From NCBI GenBank assembly GCA_051313645.2, contig JBNRSN020000003.1, positions 51,212,001-51,276,000 on the forward strand: 64,000 bases of DNA. The letters run 5' to 3'. The notes beneath the pieces were generated by a model. It saw only the letters and a program-made list of their open reading frames with translations. It had not been told where the DNA came from and made no database searches. A program made the translations under genes and the position numbers. The DNA is from Centroscyllium fabricii (lineage: Eukaryota). This document shows positions 1 to 12,354 of this stretch, one piece after another; within the stretch, counting starts at the first letter, position 1; every line of letters starts with the position of its first letter.

Positions 1-358
1 TCTGGACAAACTAGATGCAGGAAGAATGTTCCCAATGGTCGGAGAGTCCAGAACCAGGGGTCACAGTCTAAGGATAAGGGGTAAGCCATTGAGGACAGAG
101 ATGAGGAAGAATTTCTTCATCCACAGAGTGGTGAACCTGTGGAATTCTCTACCACAGAATGTAGTTGAGGCCAAGTCATTAAATATATTCAAGAAGGAGT
201 TAGATATATTTCTTAGAACTAAAGGTATCAAGGGATATGGGGAGAAGGCAGGGACAGGGTACTGAGTTTGGATGATCAGCCATGATCTCATCGAATGGCG
301 GAGCAGGCTCGAGGGGCCGAATGGCCTACTCCTGCTCCTATCTTCTATGTTTCTATGT
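1..358 (+). mobile_element. CR1/HER1-like LINE 3' end
   Basis: C-terminal ORF2 peptide (TRGHSLRIRG...FFIHRVVNLWNSLP) and (ttctatgt)n tail. Confidence 0.9.
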
Positions 359-399
359 TAAGACTGCTCTCGATTAGGTGTGAAATGCGCTGGCAGAAT

Positions 400-760
400 G
401 GGAGACAGCTGCCATGTGGGGGAGAGAGAAAAAGGGGGGGCCAAAACAAAGACGTGGATAAAAATAAGTAAAAGTATAATGGGGGCCGAGGTTATGATCT
501 GAAATTGTTGAACTCGATATTGAGTCCGGAGGGCTGTAAAGTGCCTATTCGGAAGACGAGGTGCTGTTCTTGGAGCTTACGCTGAGCTTCCGTGGAACAA
601 TGCAAGAGGCCAACAGTGAGGTCTGAGTGGGAGTGAAGCGGAGAATTAAAGTGGCAGGCGAACGGAAGCTCAGGGTCACCCTTACGGACTGAACAGAGGT
701 GTTCCGCAAAGCGATTACCCAATCTGCGTTTGGTCTCCCAAATGTAGAGGAGACCGTAGT
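400..760 (-). mobile_element. Penelope-like element fragment (GIY-YIG C-terminus)
   Basis: LYIWETKRRLGNRFAEHL...RKLQEQHLVFRIGTLQPSGLNIEF. Confidence 0.85.
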
Positions 761-955
761 CAATGATTGCTATGCTGTAGGACAGGATCTGACTCGACTG
801 TGATGCTGCCCCATGGACAAGCAGCCTGCCCACACTCACTCTCTAGTACGGCACTTGAGTGAAGTACCAAAGGGCATCCAGTGCTCGTGGAACCAAACCC
901 AACAAAAGTCATCAATTCTGGAGCGAATGGGAGAAATGTTGGATGGGAGGATGAT

Positions 956-1338
956 GAAACACAGAAGCTAGGAGCAGGAGTAGGCCATTCGGCCCTTCGT
1001 GCCTGCTCCGCCATTCAATGAGATCATGGCTGATCTTCCAAACCCAGTACCCTGTCCCTACCCTCTCCCCAGATCCCTATCGAGCATGCGCCGACACATA
1101 TCCCACCCTATCCCCGTAACCCCACATATTCAATCCCCCTAACACTAAGGGTAAATTTATCCTGGCCAATCAACCTAACCCGCACATCTTTGGACTGTGG
1201 GAGGAAACCGGAGCACCCGGAGGAAACCCACGCAGACACGGGGAGAATGTGCAAACTCCACACAGGTAGTACCCGAGGCTGGATTTGAACCCGGGTCTCC
1301 AGTGCTGTAAGGCAACAGTGCTAACCACTGTGCCGCCC
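956..1338 (-). mobile_element. HE1-like tRNA-derived V-SINE
   Basis: tRNA-like head with A/B boxes, V-domain (ctgtgtggagtttgcacattctcccc...), CR1-like tail. Confidence 0.9.
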
Positions 1339-1435
1339 CGAGTGAAGGAATGGTGAAACTCGTATCCGGCTGAAATTCGCCACCCCGGAAGGGATTCCGA
1401 CGAGGTTGATCAGACTCTGTGTGTTCTATGTGCAG

Positions 1436-1559
1436 GTGTTGATTTACAGCGAGGAGCAGTGGGACATCTACTTGAAGAGAAAACGGCATGTGTGTCTGCT
1501 GCCGTTTCCGATGAATCCGTCGCTGGAGACAGTGGGGTTTATGAGGCCTCTGTCAAACG
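1436..1559 (+). CDS. WWC2: WWC2 (KIBRA family) internal exon
   Basis: tgcag|GT...AAACG|gtacgt; encodes VDLQRGAVGHLLEEKTACVSAAVSDESVAGDSGVYEASVKR, containing the WWC-family SAAVSDESVAGDSGVYEA motif. Confidence 0.93.
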
Positions 1560-1794
1560 GTACGTGCACTTTGTCCTGTGTTTCACAGTAACTCAAGGAT
1601 GTCCTGTGAAGAGTCACTAATTTGATAGTTGTATGCTGGGGGTTGAAATTCCTATGTCTTCTATTTTTAGTGCACTGGTAAGTTATTTAACAGCCATTCT
1701 CCCATTTATTTTAAGCAGATTAGTAATTTCTAAAGATAGTACAAATGTTTCTACCCATGTGTCACTAGTAGCGTCAATCAGGATTTCACCCCTG

Positions 1795-2750
1795 CCACAA
1801 CACTGAAACAGCCCTTCTTAAAGTCACAAATGACACCCTATATGACTGTGACCATGGTAAACTAGTCCTCCTCAGCCTTCTTGACCTGTTTGCAGCCTTT
1901 GACATGGTTGACCACACCATCCACCCTTCTCCAATCTCTCTCCGCCATTGTCCAGCTGGGTCCCATTCCTATCTATCCTTGCGTAGCCAGAGAGTCATCT
2001 TCAGTGGCTTCTCCGCCCACTCCCGCACCATTACCTCTGGAGTCCCACAATGATCTATCCTTGGCCCCTCCTATTTCTCGTCTACATGCTATCCCTCGGT
2101 GACATCACCCGAAAACACAACATCAGGTTCCACATGTATGCTGACGACACCCAGCTCTACCTCACCACCACACCTCCCAACCCCTCCACCTTCTCTGATT
2201 TGTCAGACTGCTCGTCCGACAGCCAGTATTGGATGAGCCGAAATTTCCTTCATTTAAATATTGGGAAGACCGAAGCCATTGTCTTCGGGCCCCGTCACAA
2301 ACTCTGTTGCCTAGTCACCGACTCCATCCCTCTCCCTACTAATTGCCTGAGGATGAACCAGACCGTTTGTAGTCTTGGCGTCATGTTTGACCCCGAGATC
2401 AGCTTCCAACTCCATATCCTCTCTTAGGTACTGATGGACTTTTCTATATGGAGAGGGCATCGTAACTGAGACCGATTCTGAGCTCACTTCCAAAAGGGGT
2501 TGCTGATATCAATGAGGAGTCACCATTGACCGCATACTTCCACCTGTCTCTACCCCTGCCTCAGCTCACCTGCTGCTGACACCCTCATCCATACCATTGT
2601 TACCTCCAGACTTGACTTTTCCAATGCTCTCAAGGCCAGCCTCCCACGTTCTATCCTCCGTAAACTTGAGGTCATCCAAAACTCTCCGCTGCTGGTATCA
2701 TAACTCACACCAAGTCCTGTTCACCCATCACCCCTGTGCTCGCTGACCTA
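1795..2750 (+). mobile_element. Degraded L2-clade LINE RT fragment
   Basis: [32 protein letters not shown] and LNIGKTE motifs with frameshifts. Confidence 0.85.
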
Positions 2751-4160
2751 CGTCAAAGGAGCTGTATGAATATAAGTTGTTGTTGATGTTGTCGACAATG
2801 CTCTGATCAAAGGAATAATGCGAGAGAAAGCTTGGAATATTCATACCTGTGGGCTCTGAAAATTCCTTGTGGAAAAAAATATAAACTTAACCTGTGTTAG
2901 CTATCTGAGTTTATTGCTGGTAGTGGACTGTCTCATGATTCGTGAAGTTTAGCACCATTAAATTCTTTCTGTGTGACAGCATGAAAAGTATGATAGCAGG
3001 GAACATGTGTGCAGGGGGGGCCAGCATATTGTAATCACATTTTATTTTCAGTCAGTCAGCACCCAGCACAGATGTTGTGCACTGAATGGTGTCTCTCTCT
3101 GAAAATGAGTGTAGAGATTGGTAATGGTGGTGCACACAGAACATTTGTTTCTGAATTACAGAATCATATAACTGACTATGGCAAGTTCAAGTTAGGAGAC
3201 TGGGAAATATTCAGGTGCCACTTACAACTACAGTCTTCAGGGGCGTTCCCTGGATTAGCCCTTTCATCAACATGCCATGCATCGTTCTCACCTGATGTCC
3301 ACAGGTTCCCTGGGGTCACACATTTTTAATGTGGAAGCAAATCATCCTCGGTTCCAAGGGACTGCCTGAGAAGAAGACAGGTTCCCTGGGGTCACTCTTT
3401 GGGAGCTTCCTGGTCTGCGTGTTTCAGGAGCACAATGGGCAGTACATTTACCCACCGGGACATTGGGGGAGGAGTGGTAATCAAGGTTCCCGCTAATTTG
3501 TTTGGTGCGTAGTCCCTTTAAATTTGACGAGCATGTGCGGTATCTTTTCCAGTGGCAGCAGCTGGTGACCGGCCCGCGCGGGACCTCCCGATTGGCGCGC
3601 GGGACCTCCCGATTGGCGCGCGGCCGCGCACCCTTAGGGAGAAATCTGGTGGTCATTGCTTTTTTAGTGGAAAAACAACTTTAAAGGGGTAACCCCACAA
3701 TCATGAGCTCCCAGTGGGAGCCGTGCTCACAAGGTGCGTGGGTCAGAGATAGGGCTGCAGCCTTGTAACCCCGATTATACATCCTGTACTCCCTGTGAGT
3801 ATAACTCCCCACTGGGAGCATGAGAACGTGGAATTATCTCAAAAATTACAAGCAATGTATCTTCCACATCTACAACACTTACTGTAAAATCCAGCATATA
3901 ATTTTCTCCTGTACCACCCCCAGCACCCCTTCCCCTTCGCCCGGCACCTTCCAGTGCAAGCGCAGGAGATGCACCACATGCCCTTATACCTCCCCACTGT
4001 CCAGGGCCCCAAACACCCCTTCCAGGTGAAACAGCGATTTACGTGTACTTCCTGCAATTTAGTATACTGTATTTGCTGCTCACGATATGGTCTCCTCTAC
4101 ATCAGAGAGACCAAACGCAGATTGGGTGACCGCTTTGCGGAACACCTCCATTCAGTCCTT

Positions 4161-4546
4161 AACATAGAAACATAGAAACTAGGAGCAGGAGTAGGCCAGT
4201 CGGCCCTTCGAGCCTGCTCCGCCATTCAATGAGATCATGGCTGATCATCGAAATCCAGCACCCCGCCCCTGCCCTTTCCCCAAATCCCTATCAAGCCTGC
4301 ATCGACACATATCCCACCCTATCCCCATATATTCAATCCCCCTAACACTAAGGGTCAATTTATCATGGCCAATCAACCTAACCCGCACATCTTTGGACTG
4401 TGGGAGGAAACCGGAGCACCCGGAGGAAACCCACGCAGACACGGGGAGAATGTGCAAACTCCACACAGATAGTACCCGAGGCCGGATTTGAACCCGGGTC
4501 TCCAGTGCTGAGAGACAACAATGCTAACCACTGTGCCACCGTGCCC
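4161..4546 (-). mobile_element. HE1-like V-SINE
   Basis: full head, V-domain and (catagaaa)n tail on the minus strand. Confidence 0.92.
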
Positions 4547-4868
4547 ACCAAGCTCCTGGTGGCCTGTCACTTTAATTGTCCATTCCACTCCCATTCAGAC
4601 CTCACTGTCTGTGGCCTCTTGCATTGTTCCACGGAAGCCCAGCGTAAACTCGAGGAACAGCAACTCATCTTTCGCTTAGGCACTCTACAGCCCTCTGGAC
4701 TAAACATAGAGTTCAACAATTTTAGATCATAACCTCGGCCCCCACCACACTTTATTTTATATATATATTCTCTCTTTTTTCAATCCACACTTTCGTCTGG
4801 GCTTTTTTCTCTTTTTTCTCTTTATTCTGTAAGAGCTTTAAAATCTATCCCCCACTCCTGGCTGCTCC

Positions 4869-4905
4869 AGTTCTGAAGAAAGGTCTTCGACCTGAAACGT
4901 CAACT
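4869..4905 (+). ncRNA. Minimal type I hammerhead ribozyme in Penelope pLTR
   Basis: agtt-CTGAAGA-a-aggtc/ttc/gacct-GAAA-cgtc-aact: stem I agtt/aact, stem II aggtc/gacct, palindromic stem III ACGT, GUC cleavage triplet. Confidence 0.75.
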
Positions 4906-5208
4906 CTGTTTCTCTCTCCACTGATGATGCCTGGCCTGCTGAGTTTCTCCAGCCTTTTCAGTTGTTATTTATAATTTGCATCTGTCCTGTGTCTCCTTTA
5001 AATGTAGGGGAGACTCTTACACAGAATACGTGATTGCTTTTAAAACCAAGTCAATAACCATCGAGAGTAACTTGCACATGGCTGTGACACATTCTCTGGG
5101 CAAATTTATCATGTGTTTTATGGTGGGTTTTTACTGTTCCCAGGTCTCTTGTTCACCTTGTTTCTTTTACAATTTCCATTAACTTAAGTTTTACAACTCT
5201 GCTGTTAG

Positions 5209-5289
5209 GCCAAGTGAAACTGAAGATGCTATTTACGGTGAATCTGAGACTTCCACATTAGAAGCAGCTCAAATCCAGATAGGACTGAA
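5209..5289 (+). CDS. WWC2: WWC2 exon, start of C2 domain
   Basis: ttag|G...CTGAA|gtaagt; PSETEDAIYGESETSTLEAAQIQIGLK; phase continues from the previous exon. Confidence 0.92.
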
Positions 5290-5429
5290 GTAAGTGATTT
5301 TTTCAAATTAATTCTGCATGGCCGAATTTGTGACCCTGAATTTCTTTTTCCTTTTTTGTGCTCTTCCCGTCAAGTTTTTTCCCCTTTCCTCCTGTTCTCC
5401 TGAAGCCGCTGAGTCCTTTCTGGTATTTC

Positions 5430-5730
5430 TTCGACAGCACCTCCCAAACCCATGACCTCTACCACCTAAAGGACAAGGGCAGCAGGCGCATGGGAACACC
5501 ACCACCCGCGAGTTCCCCTCCAAGTCACACACCAACCTGACTTGGAAATATATCGTCGTTGGGTCAAAATTCTGGAATTCACTACCTATCAGCACTGTGG
5601 GAGTACCTTCACCGCATGGACTGCAGCAGTTCAAGAAGGCGGCTCACCACCACTTTCTCAAGGGCAATTAGGGATGGGCAATAAATGCTGGCCTTGCCAG
5701 CGACGCCCACAGCCCATGAATGAATACTTT
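5430..5730 (+). mobile_element. 3' end of a CR1/L2-group LINE (same family as 20455-22500)
   Basis: gactgcagcagttcaagaaggcggctcaccaccac...gccagcgacgccc tail shared with 22390-22490. Confidence 0.75.
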
Positions 5731-5858
5731 TTTTAAAAAAGATTCATAGGCCCAACAGTAAATTGCCCAAGTAGGCCATCATTCATTTTGAGCACAGAAA
5801 GTGCATGTTGGCAGCCTGTATGGGGGTTGGGCCAACACAGCCGAGCTCAATACTATAT

Positions 5859-6230
5859 TACAGCACTAGAGACCCGGGTTCAAATCCGGCCTCGGGTACT
5901 ATCTGTGTGGAGTTTGCACATTCTCCCCGTGTCTGCGTGGGTTTCCTCCGGGTGCTCCGGTTTCCTCCCACAGTCCAAAGATGTGCAGGTTAGGTTGATT
6001 GGCCATGATAAATTGACCCTTAGTGTTAGGGGGATTGAATATGTGGGGTTACGGGGATAGGGTGGGATATGTGTCGGTGCAGGCTCGATAGGGATCAAGG
6101 GATAAGGGGACAAGGCAGGGACAGGGTACTGGGTTTGGATGATCAGCCATGATCCCATTGAATGGCGGAGCAGGCTCAAAGGGCCAAATGGCCTACTCCT
6201 GCTCCTATCTTCTATGTTTCTATGTTTCTA
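5859..6230 (+). mobile_element. HE1-like V-SINE, 5' truncated
   Basis: B box, V-domain and (ttctatgt)n tail. Confidence 0.9.
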
Positions 6231-6424
6231 TTCTACATTTTCTACGTTAAAAGCACTATATAAATGGAAGCTGTTGTATTCAGTCAACGCCAACACATAT
6301 GCACTTTCAGTAGAGAATGCACTGTCAGTAGAGATTGATGGATAGCAATGATAAGTGGTGACCCTGGCTGATGTTTGCCTCCTTAACTAAGGTCACTGAG
6401 GACAATTGCAGTACCACTGACCAG

Positions 6425-6980
6425 CTGACAATTAACACTGTTGTTCCCTCCAAGCTGGTCCTGAAACTGAGGGACATAGGCCTGGGCACCCCCATCTGTA
6501 ATTGGATTCTGGATTTCTTGACTGGCAGGCCTCAAGTGGTTAAAATAGGGAACAATACCTCCTCCACTCTGGTCCTCAACACCGGAGCGCAACAGGGCTG
6601 CTGCCTCAGTCCTCGGCTGTACTCAGGTGTGCACTTCCGTCTATTGATGAGATCTTCCAGACCAGGTGTCGGAACAAGGCCCGCTCCATCATCCGGGACC
6701 CCAATCACCCTGGGCATGATCTGTTCTCCCTCCTGCGGTCCGGCCGTCGGTACCACAGCATCCGAACCAGGACCAGCAGGTTTAAGAACAGTTTATGCCC
6801 ACAGGCAGTGCGCCTACTGAATTGCTAACCGCACTTGTTTGCTTATTTGTTTAGTTGTTTACTATTTCTATATTTATATTAGTTTTTACCTTGGCTTTTG
6901 TATTTATACTTATACTCGTGGGAATGAGTGGGGAGTAAGCATTCCATTGCACCAGTTACATATGGCAATAAAATGACCGT
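6425..6980 (+). mobile_element. Rex1/Babar LINE fragment with internal deletion
   Basis: NTVVPSKL...CNWILDFLTGRPQVV...NTGAQQGCCLSP joined directly to a 3' end nearly identical to the 15570-15920 copy. Confidence 0.85.
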
Positions 6981-7127
6981 GAAACCTTGACATGAGTTAA
7001 CTCGGCACTGAACAGGGATCAAACTGGGAACATTCCTGGTTATTCAGCGCTTTACACAGTTGCGCCTGGCTGGTATTTCTGTGTCAAAATATCTGAATGT
7101 TTATTTTTCTTACTGTGACCGCAACAG

Positions 7128-7214
7128 GTATGATCCCACCAATGCAAGTTTTATTATAATCATCGTGCAGCTGAGGAATCCGACCACACTACTTGTGCCA
7201 TCTGGATGCAAGGT
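7128..7214 (+). CDS. WWC2: WWC2 exon, C2 domain
   Basis: acag|G...AAGGT|gtaagt; YDPTNASFIIIIVQLRNPTTLLVPSGCKV. Confidence 0.92.
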
Positions 7215-7908
7215 GTAAGTACTGCTCTCTATGAAGACCCAATGCCTCCATTCTTAAGACAGAGCTGGCAACATTAGGGAACGGTTAGGAGTGAGATTAA
7301 TGATCAAAAATACTGACACAATGTGAAATCATCTCTGAATGTGCCTTCTTTGTTTAGGTGAACACCTTCCCTTCCTCTAGAATTGGTCCAGTGGGCCAAG
7401 AATTTAAATGCCTTCCTCCGATGCATAAGAACATAAGAATTAAGAGCAGGAATGGACCATACAGCTCCTTGAGCCTGCTCCGCCATTCAGTAAGATCATA
7501 GCTGATCTTTGACCTCAACTCCACTTTCCTGCCTGATCCCTATATCCCTTGATTCCCCGAGAGTCCAACAATCTATCCATCCCAGCCTTGAATATGACAT
7601 CCCTCCATTGTCGCTGGGTCAAAATCCTGGAACTTCCTACCAAATGACATTGTGGGAGCATCTTCACCACATAGACTGCAACGATCCAAGAAGAATGCCC
7701 ACCAGCACCTTCTCAAGGGCAATTAGGGATGGACAATACATGCCAAAAATGAATTTTTAAAATCCTGAGATTAGTACCCTCACAGACGTTTTTTAATATA
7801 TTCTCTCGCTCGTGCAATTCCCTTTGTAAAAGCAGCATTTTATACCTATCTATGTCAATGGTTCCCATGTGAACTGTGACCTTAGGTTTCTTCTCTTTCC
7901 ATCACAGG

Positions 7909-10590
7909 ATAGAAACATAGAAAATAGGAGCAGGAGTAGGCCCTTCGGCCCCTTGAGCCTCCTCTGCCATTCGATGCGATCATGGCTGATCATCCAAACA
8001 CAGTACCCCGTACCTGCCTTCTCCCCATATCCCTTGATACCTTTAGCTCTGAGAAATATATCTAACTCCTTCTTGAATATATTGAATGACTTGGCCTCAA
8101 CTACATTCTGTGGTTGTAACGGAGGGGTGTGGGGCCCAAATGCAAGACACTGAATAAAACTGTCTAGGTCCTTAAATTCCTTTATATACAAAACTGTAAT
8201 AAACAACATACATGCATACATTCATAAAGTTACAATACATAATTAAATGGCATACAATTAGTTAGATACAGAAAAACAAGTTCCTTTCCGAACTGGTACA
8301 AAACTTCGACAGGTTGTGGTTAGCAAAATCCAGGCTGTTGAATTAGGAATACTCCCGAGTCCGCCCTACAGCAGGGACTCACTCCACCGGAGTCTTCAGA
8401 GGAAGAATCCATCTTTACAAACAAGGAAACTCCCCACATACTCTACTGAAATGTCCAAACCTCAGTTCGGATGATAACGACCAATGTCCATGAAGTAGAA
8501 CCAGGATTTCTTTAAAGTCCGCTCCACCGCGGGGACTCAACCCAACGGAGTTCACAGAACGAGAATACTTGATCTACTTAGCAGGGGAACGCCCTTACTT
8601 AACTAATGGAATGTCCAAACCTGAGCCCAGGTGGCAGAGTGCAATGTCCAGAATGTAGACAACCGTAGTTCTCCGAAGTCCGCTCCACAGCTAAGACTCA
8701 CTCTACCCGAGTTTCCAGAAGAGAATACATCATCTACAAGGCAGGGGAACGCCCAAACCCATTGCCTCTCCAGGAGCTCAGACAGCAACCACTCCTTCCA
8801 GTAGTTCGTAGTAATGAGTAGTAAGTAGTGTAATGATCCGGCCACGCCCTGGTCACAGAGCCCAGCTTATAAGCCGATCAGCCAAACACGATTCATTAAT
8901 GCAAACCAATAAAATGCAAGTATTGAGAACCAGGAACACACAGGTATGTGAACAGTTAATTGAGGTACAATGAACCAAAAACAGAGAATTCCAAAATGGA
9001 TTCCTTAAAGGGGAATGCCATCTGTGACAGTGGTAGAGAATTCCACAGGATCACCACTCTCTGGGTGAAGAAATTCTTCCTCATCTCTGTCCTAAATGGC
9101 TTACCCCTTATCCTTAGACTGTGACCCCTGGTTCTGGACTCCCTGACCATCGGGAACATCCTTCCTGCATCTAGTCTGTCTACTCCTGTCAGAATTTTAT
9201 AAGTTTCAATGAGATCCCCTCTCATTCTTCTAAAGTCCAGCGAGTATAAGCCCAATCGACCCAATCTCTCCTCATACGTTATTCCTGCCATCCCAGGTAT
9301 CAGCCTTGTGAATCTTCGCTGAACTCCTTCCATGGTAAGAACATCCTTCCTCAGATAAGGTGACCAAAACTGCATACAGTACTCAAGGTGTGGTCTCACC
9401 AAGGCCCTGTACAACAGCAGCAGTTCCTGTACTCAAACCCTTTCGCTATGAAGGCCAACATACCATTTGCCTTCTCACCGCCTGCTGCACCTGCATGCTT
9501 ACCTTCAGTGACTGGTGCGCAAGGACACCCAGGTCTCGTTGCACTTCCCCCTTCTCCCAATCTATTGCCATTCAGATAATAGTCTGCCTTTCTGTGTTTG
9601 ACACCAAAGTGGATAACCTCGCATTTATCCACGTTATATTGCATCTGCCACGCTTCTGCCTAATCACCCAACCTGTCCAAATCTTCCTGGAGTTTCTTGG
9701 TATCCTCCTCGCAGCACACACGCCCACTCAGCTTTGTGTCATCTGCAAACCTGAAGATATTACATCTAGTTCCCTCATCTAGATCATTAATATATATTGT
9801 AAATAGCTGGGGTCCAAGGACCAATCCCTGCGGCACCCCACTAGTCACTGCCTGCCACTCGGAAAAAGACCCGTTTATTCCTACTCTCTGCTTTCTGTCC
9901 ACCAACCAGTTCTCTATCCAAGTCAATACCTTGCCCCCAATCCCATGTGCCTTAACTTTATACGCTAATCTCTTATGCGGGACCTTATCGAAAGCCTTTT
10001 GAAAGTCCAAATACACCACATCTACTGGTTCTCCCTCTGTTTTCCCAGTTACAACCTCAAAAAGCTCCAGTAGATTCGTCAAGCACGATTTACCTTTTGT
10101 AAATCCATGTTGACTTTGTCGGATCCTGTCACTGTTTTCCATGTGCTCAGCATTACATCCTTTATAATGAACTCTAGCATTTTCCCCACTACCGATGTCA
10201 GGCTTACCGGTCTGTAATTCCCCGCTTTCTCTCTACCACCCTTCTTGAATAGTGGGGTAGGTAACATTAGCTACCCTCCAATCCATGGGTACAGTTCCAG
10301 ATTCCAGCAAATGTTGGAAGATGATCAGCAATGCATCTACTATTTCTAGGGCCACTTCCTTAAGTACCCTAGGATGTAGATTATTAGGCCCTGGGGATTT
10401 ATCGGCCTTCAATCTCGTCAATTTCCCTAACACCATTTCCCTACAAATACTGATTTCTTTCAGTGCCTCCCTTTCATCAGACCCTATGTTCACCAACATC
10501 TCTGGGAGGTTATTTGTGTCCTCCTTTGTGAAGACAGAACCAAAATATGCATTTAATTGGTCCACCATTTCTTTGTTCCCCATTATAACT
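7909..10590 (-). mobile_element. CR1 LINE, 5' truncated, interrupted by a solo LTR
   Basis: ORF2 pieces ([42 protein letters not shown]) with frameshifts. Confidence 0.93.
8115..9029. mobile_element. Solo LTR (915 bp)
   Basis: TGTAAC...GTGACA termini; 5-bp TSD GTGGT inside the CR1; three diverged internal repeats of about 160 bp. Confidence 0.85.
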
Positions 10591-10679
10591 TCCCCTTATT
10601 TACCTACTCAGTCAAGTCCCAAACCCTGGTACCTAGGAAGCAATGTGCCATTCAGGACTCTTAGTTATGCTTGCATAAT

Positions 10680-10960
10680 CATAGAATGGTTACAGCACAG
10701 AAGGAGGCCATTCGGCCCATCAAGCCTGTGGCAGCTCTGTGCAAGAGCACTTCTCCTAATCCCACTACCCTGTCCTTTCCCTGTAGCTCTGCAAATTTGT
10801 TTTCTTCAGGTACTTATCCAATTCTCTTTTAAAAGCCATGATTGAGTCTGCCTCCACCACTTTTTCAGGTACTGCATTCCAGATCCTAACCACTCACTGC
10901 GTAAAAATGTTTTTTCCTCATGTCACCTTTGGTTCTTTTGCCATTCACATTAAATCCTAT
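10680..10960 (-). mobile_element. CR1 LINE 3' fragment
   Basis: atcatagaatggttacagcacagaaggaggcc tail plus C-terminal ORF2 sequence. Confidence 0.8.
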
Positions 10961-11344
10961 CAATCCCTCTATCTGTAGAATGTCTTTGGAGGCTCTCCAA
11001 AGGCATTTAGAATTGTAATCACTCAATTCTGCCACTTCCCTTTAACTATCTCCAGTCCTTTAAATTTCACACAATTTTCTGTTCCCACTGAGCTCACTGC
11101 ACTCATCGAAGTCCACGTGAATGGACTGATCTCGGAAAATTGGAGCACAAACAGCAATAACAACAACAACTTGCATTTATATACCTCTAACGTAGTAAAA
11201 TGCCCCATGGCGCTTCACAGGAGCATTATCAAACAAGGTTTGGCAGCACACTTGAGTCTGTTCAAAGCCTGCTTCTAACCATTCGGGGCTAAACTGCACC
11301 CATATCGGACAATCTAGGCTTCTGTGTTTCAAGAGTTTTCCGTC

Positions 11345-11750
11345 TGTCAGGATCCCAGCTGCACGTTCCTCTGCCGGCCACCAGAGGGCGGTTTAGGATG
11401 CCTCCTTACACTGCTGCCATGTCTCGGTGCCTCTCTCCTCACCTGTGTCTCATTTGAGTAATTGTCTCATTAGAGTAATCAGGCCTGTTATTTAAGCTGA
11501 CTATTTCCAGTCCCAGTCACTCTGCCTTGAGTTCTCATGCCTGCAAGTCACAGGTTGGTTTATAGTCCTTACCCTGCGTCTGGGATACTCACTTTTGCAT
11601 CTTTGAATTGTTACTTTGATCTTTTGTTTGAAGAATTCTCTGTACGTCCTGTATTTGAAGAGCCTTCTAGTAAAACATCTTCTGAGTTTTACTTCGTCTT
11701 ATGTCTCTGGCTGTCTGCCTGCACCTGGGTCCACTACCACACCCGTCACA
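11345..11750 (+). mobile_element. Solo LTR
   Basis: TGTCAG...GTCACA termini; TSD ccgtc/ccgtt; TATTTAA box; homologous to 23804-24157. Confidence 0.75.
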
Positions 11751-12354
11751 CCGTTGTTTGCAAGTTTAAAAAGCCAAAGAGAGAAATATTGAATCTGACT
11801 CGTCTTCAAGTATATTTCTACTGTCTATGCAAAGGCCAATATTGGATATTTATCCTATGAACACACCGGGGCAGTTTTTGGTTTCTGCTGCTTGGGATTA
11901 AGCATCACCTGGGCAGAGGGCAGAAAGGAAAAGCTAGGGGCGGGGCGGGGAGGATTGCATGCCCCCTAATGCAACCCGGCAGATTTCACATTGAGATCAC
12001 TGGATGGAAAACCCAGCTGGAGCTGAACGGTGCGTGAGTTTGCTTGCCAAGTTTTCTTTCCAGTGCTCGGCTCAGCCGGTAAAGACGAGTATCGAGCCCA
12101 TTATTTATGGAGCACATTTTTGCACGGTCCTGCGCCACCAGTGGGGCCTCACACACACCCAGTGTGTATCGGATCATCATGGGCTCACTGGCTGCAGGCG
12201 AGGTTCCGCAAGTGGCGCAAAGCCATGCTAAATTTACTTTAATAGCACCTCTGAGAGAACTTGGCAAGGGACAATGACGGTGTAATGTGTCTATTTTCAG
12301 TGGTCCGGGACAGACCTGGGCCTGAGACCAGTTTGTATCGTGTCTCCATTTAAT

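Larger units (their letters stand above)
3915..4970 (+). mobile_element. Penelope-like element 3' part, interrupted by a V-SINE
   Basis: GIY-YIG NLVYCICC...LYIRETKRRLGDRFAEHL, resuming at about 4547 with VACHFN...GLNIEFNNFRS; pLTR with hammerhead motif. Confidence 0.88.

Noticed and set aside
1406-1591. ORF-track peptide MIRLCVFY... over the first exon
   Set aside because: Wrong frame; the spliced frame gives the conserved WWC motif.
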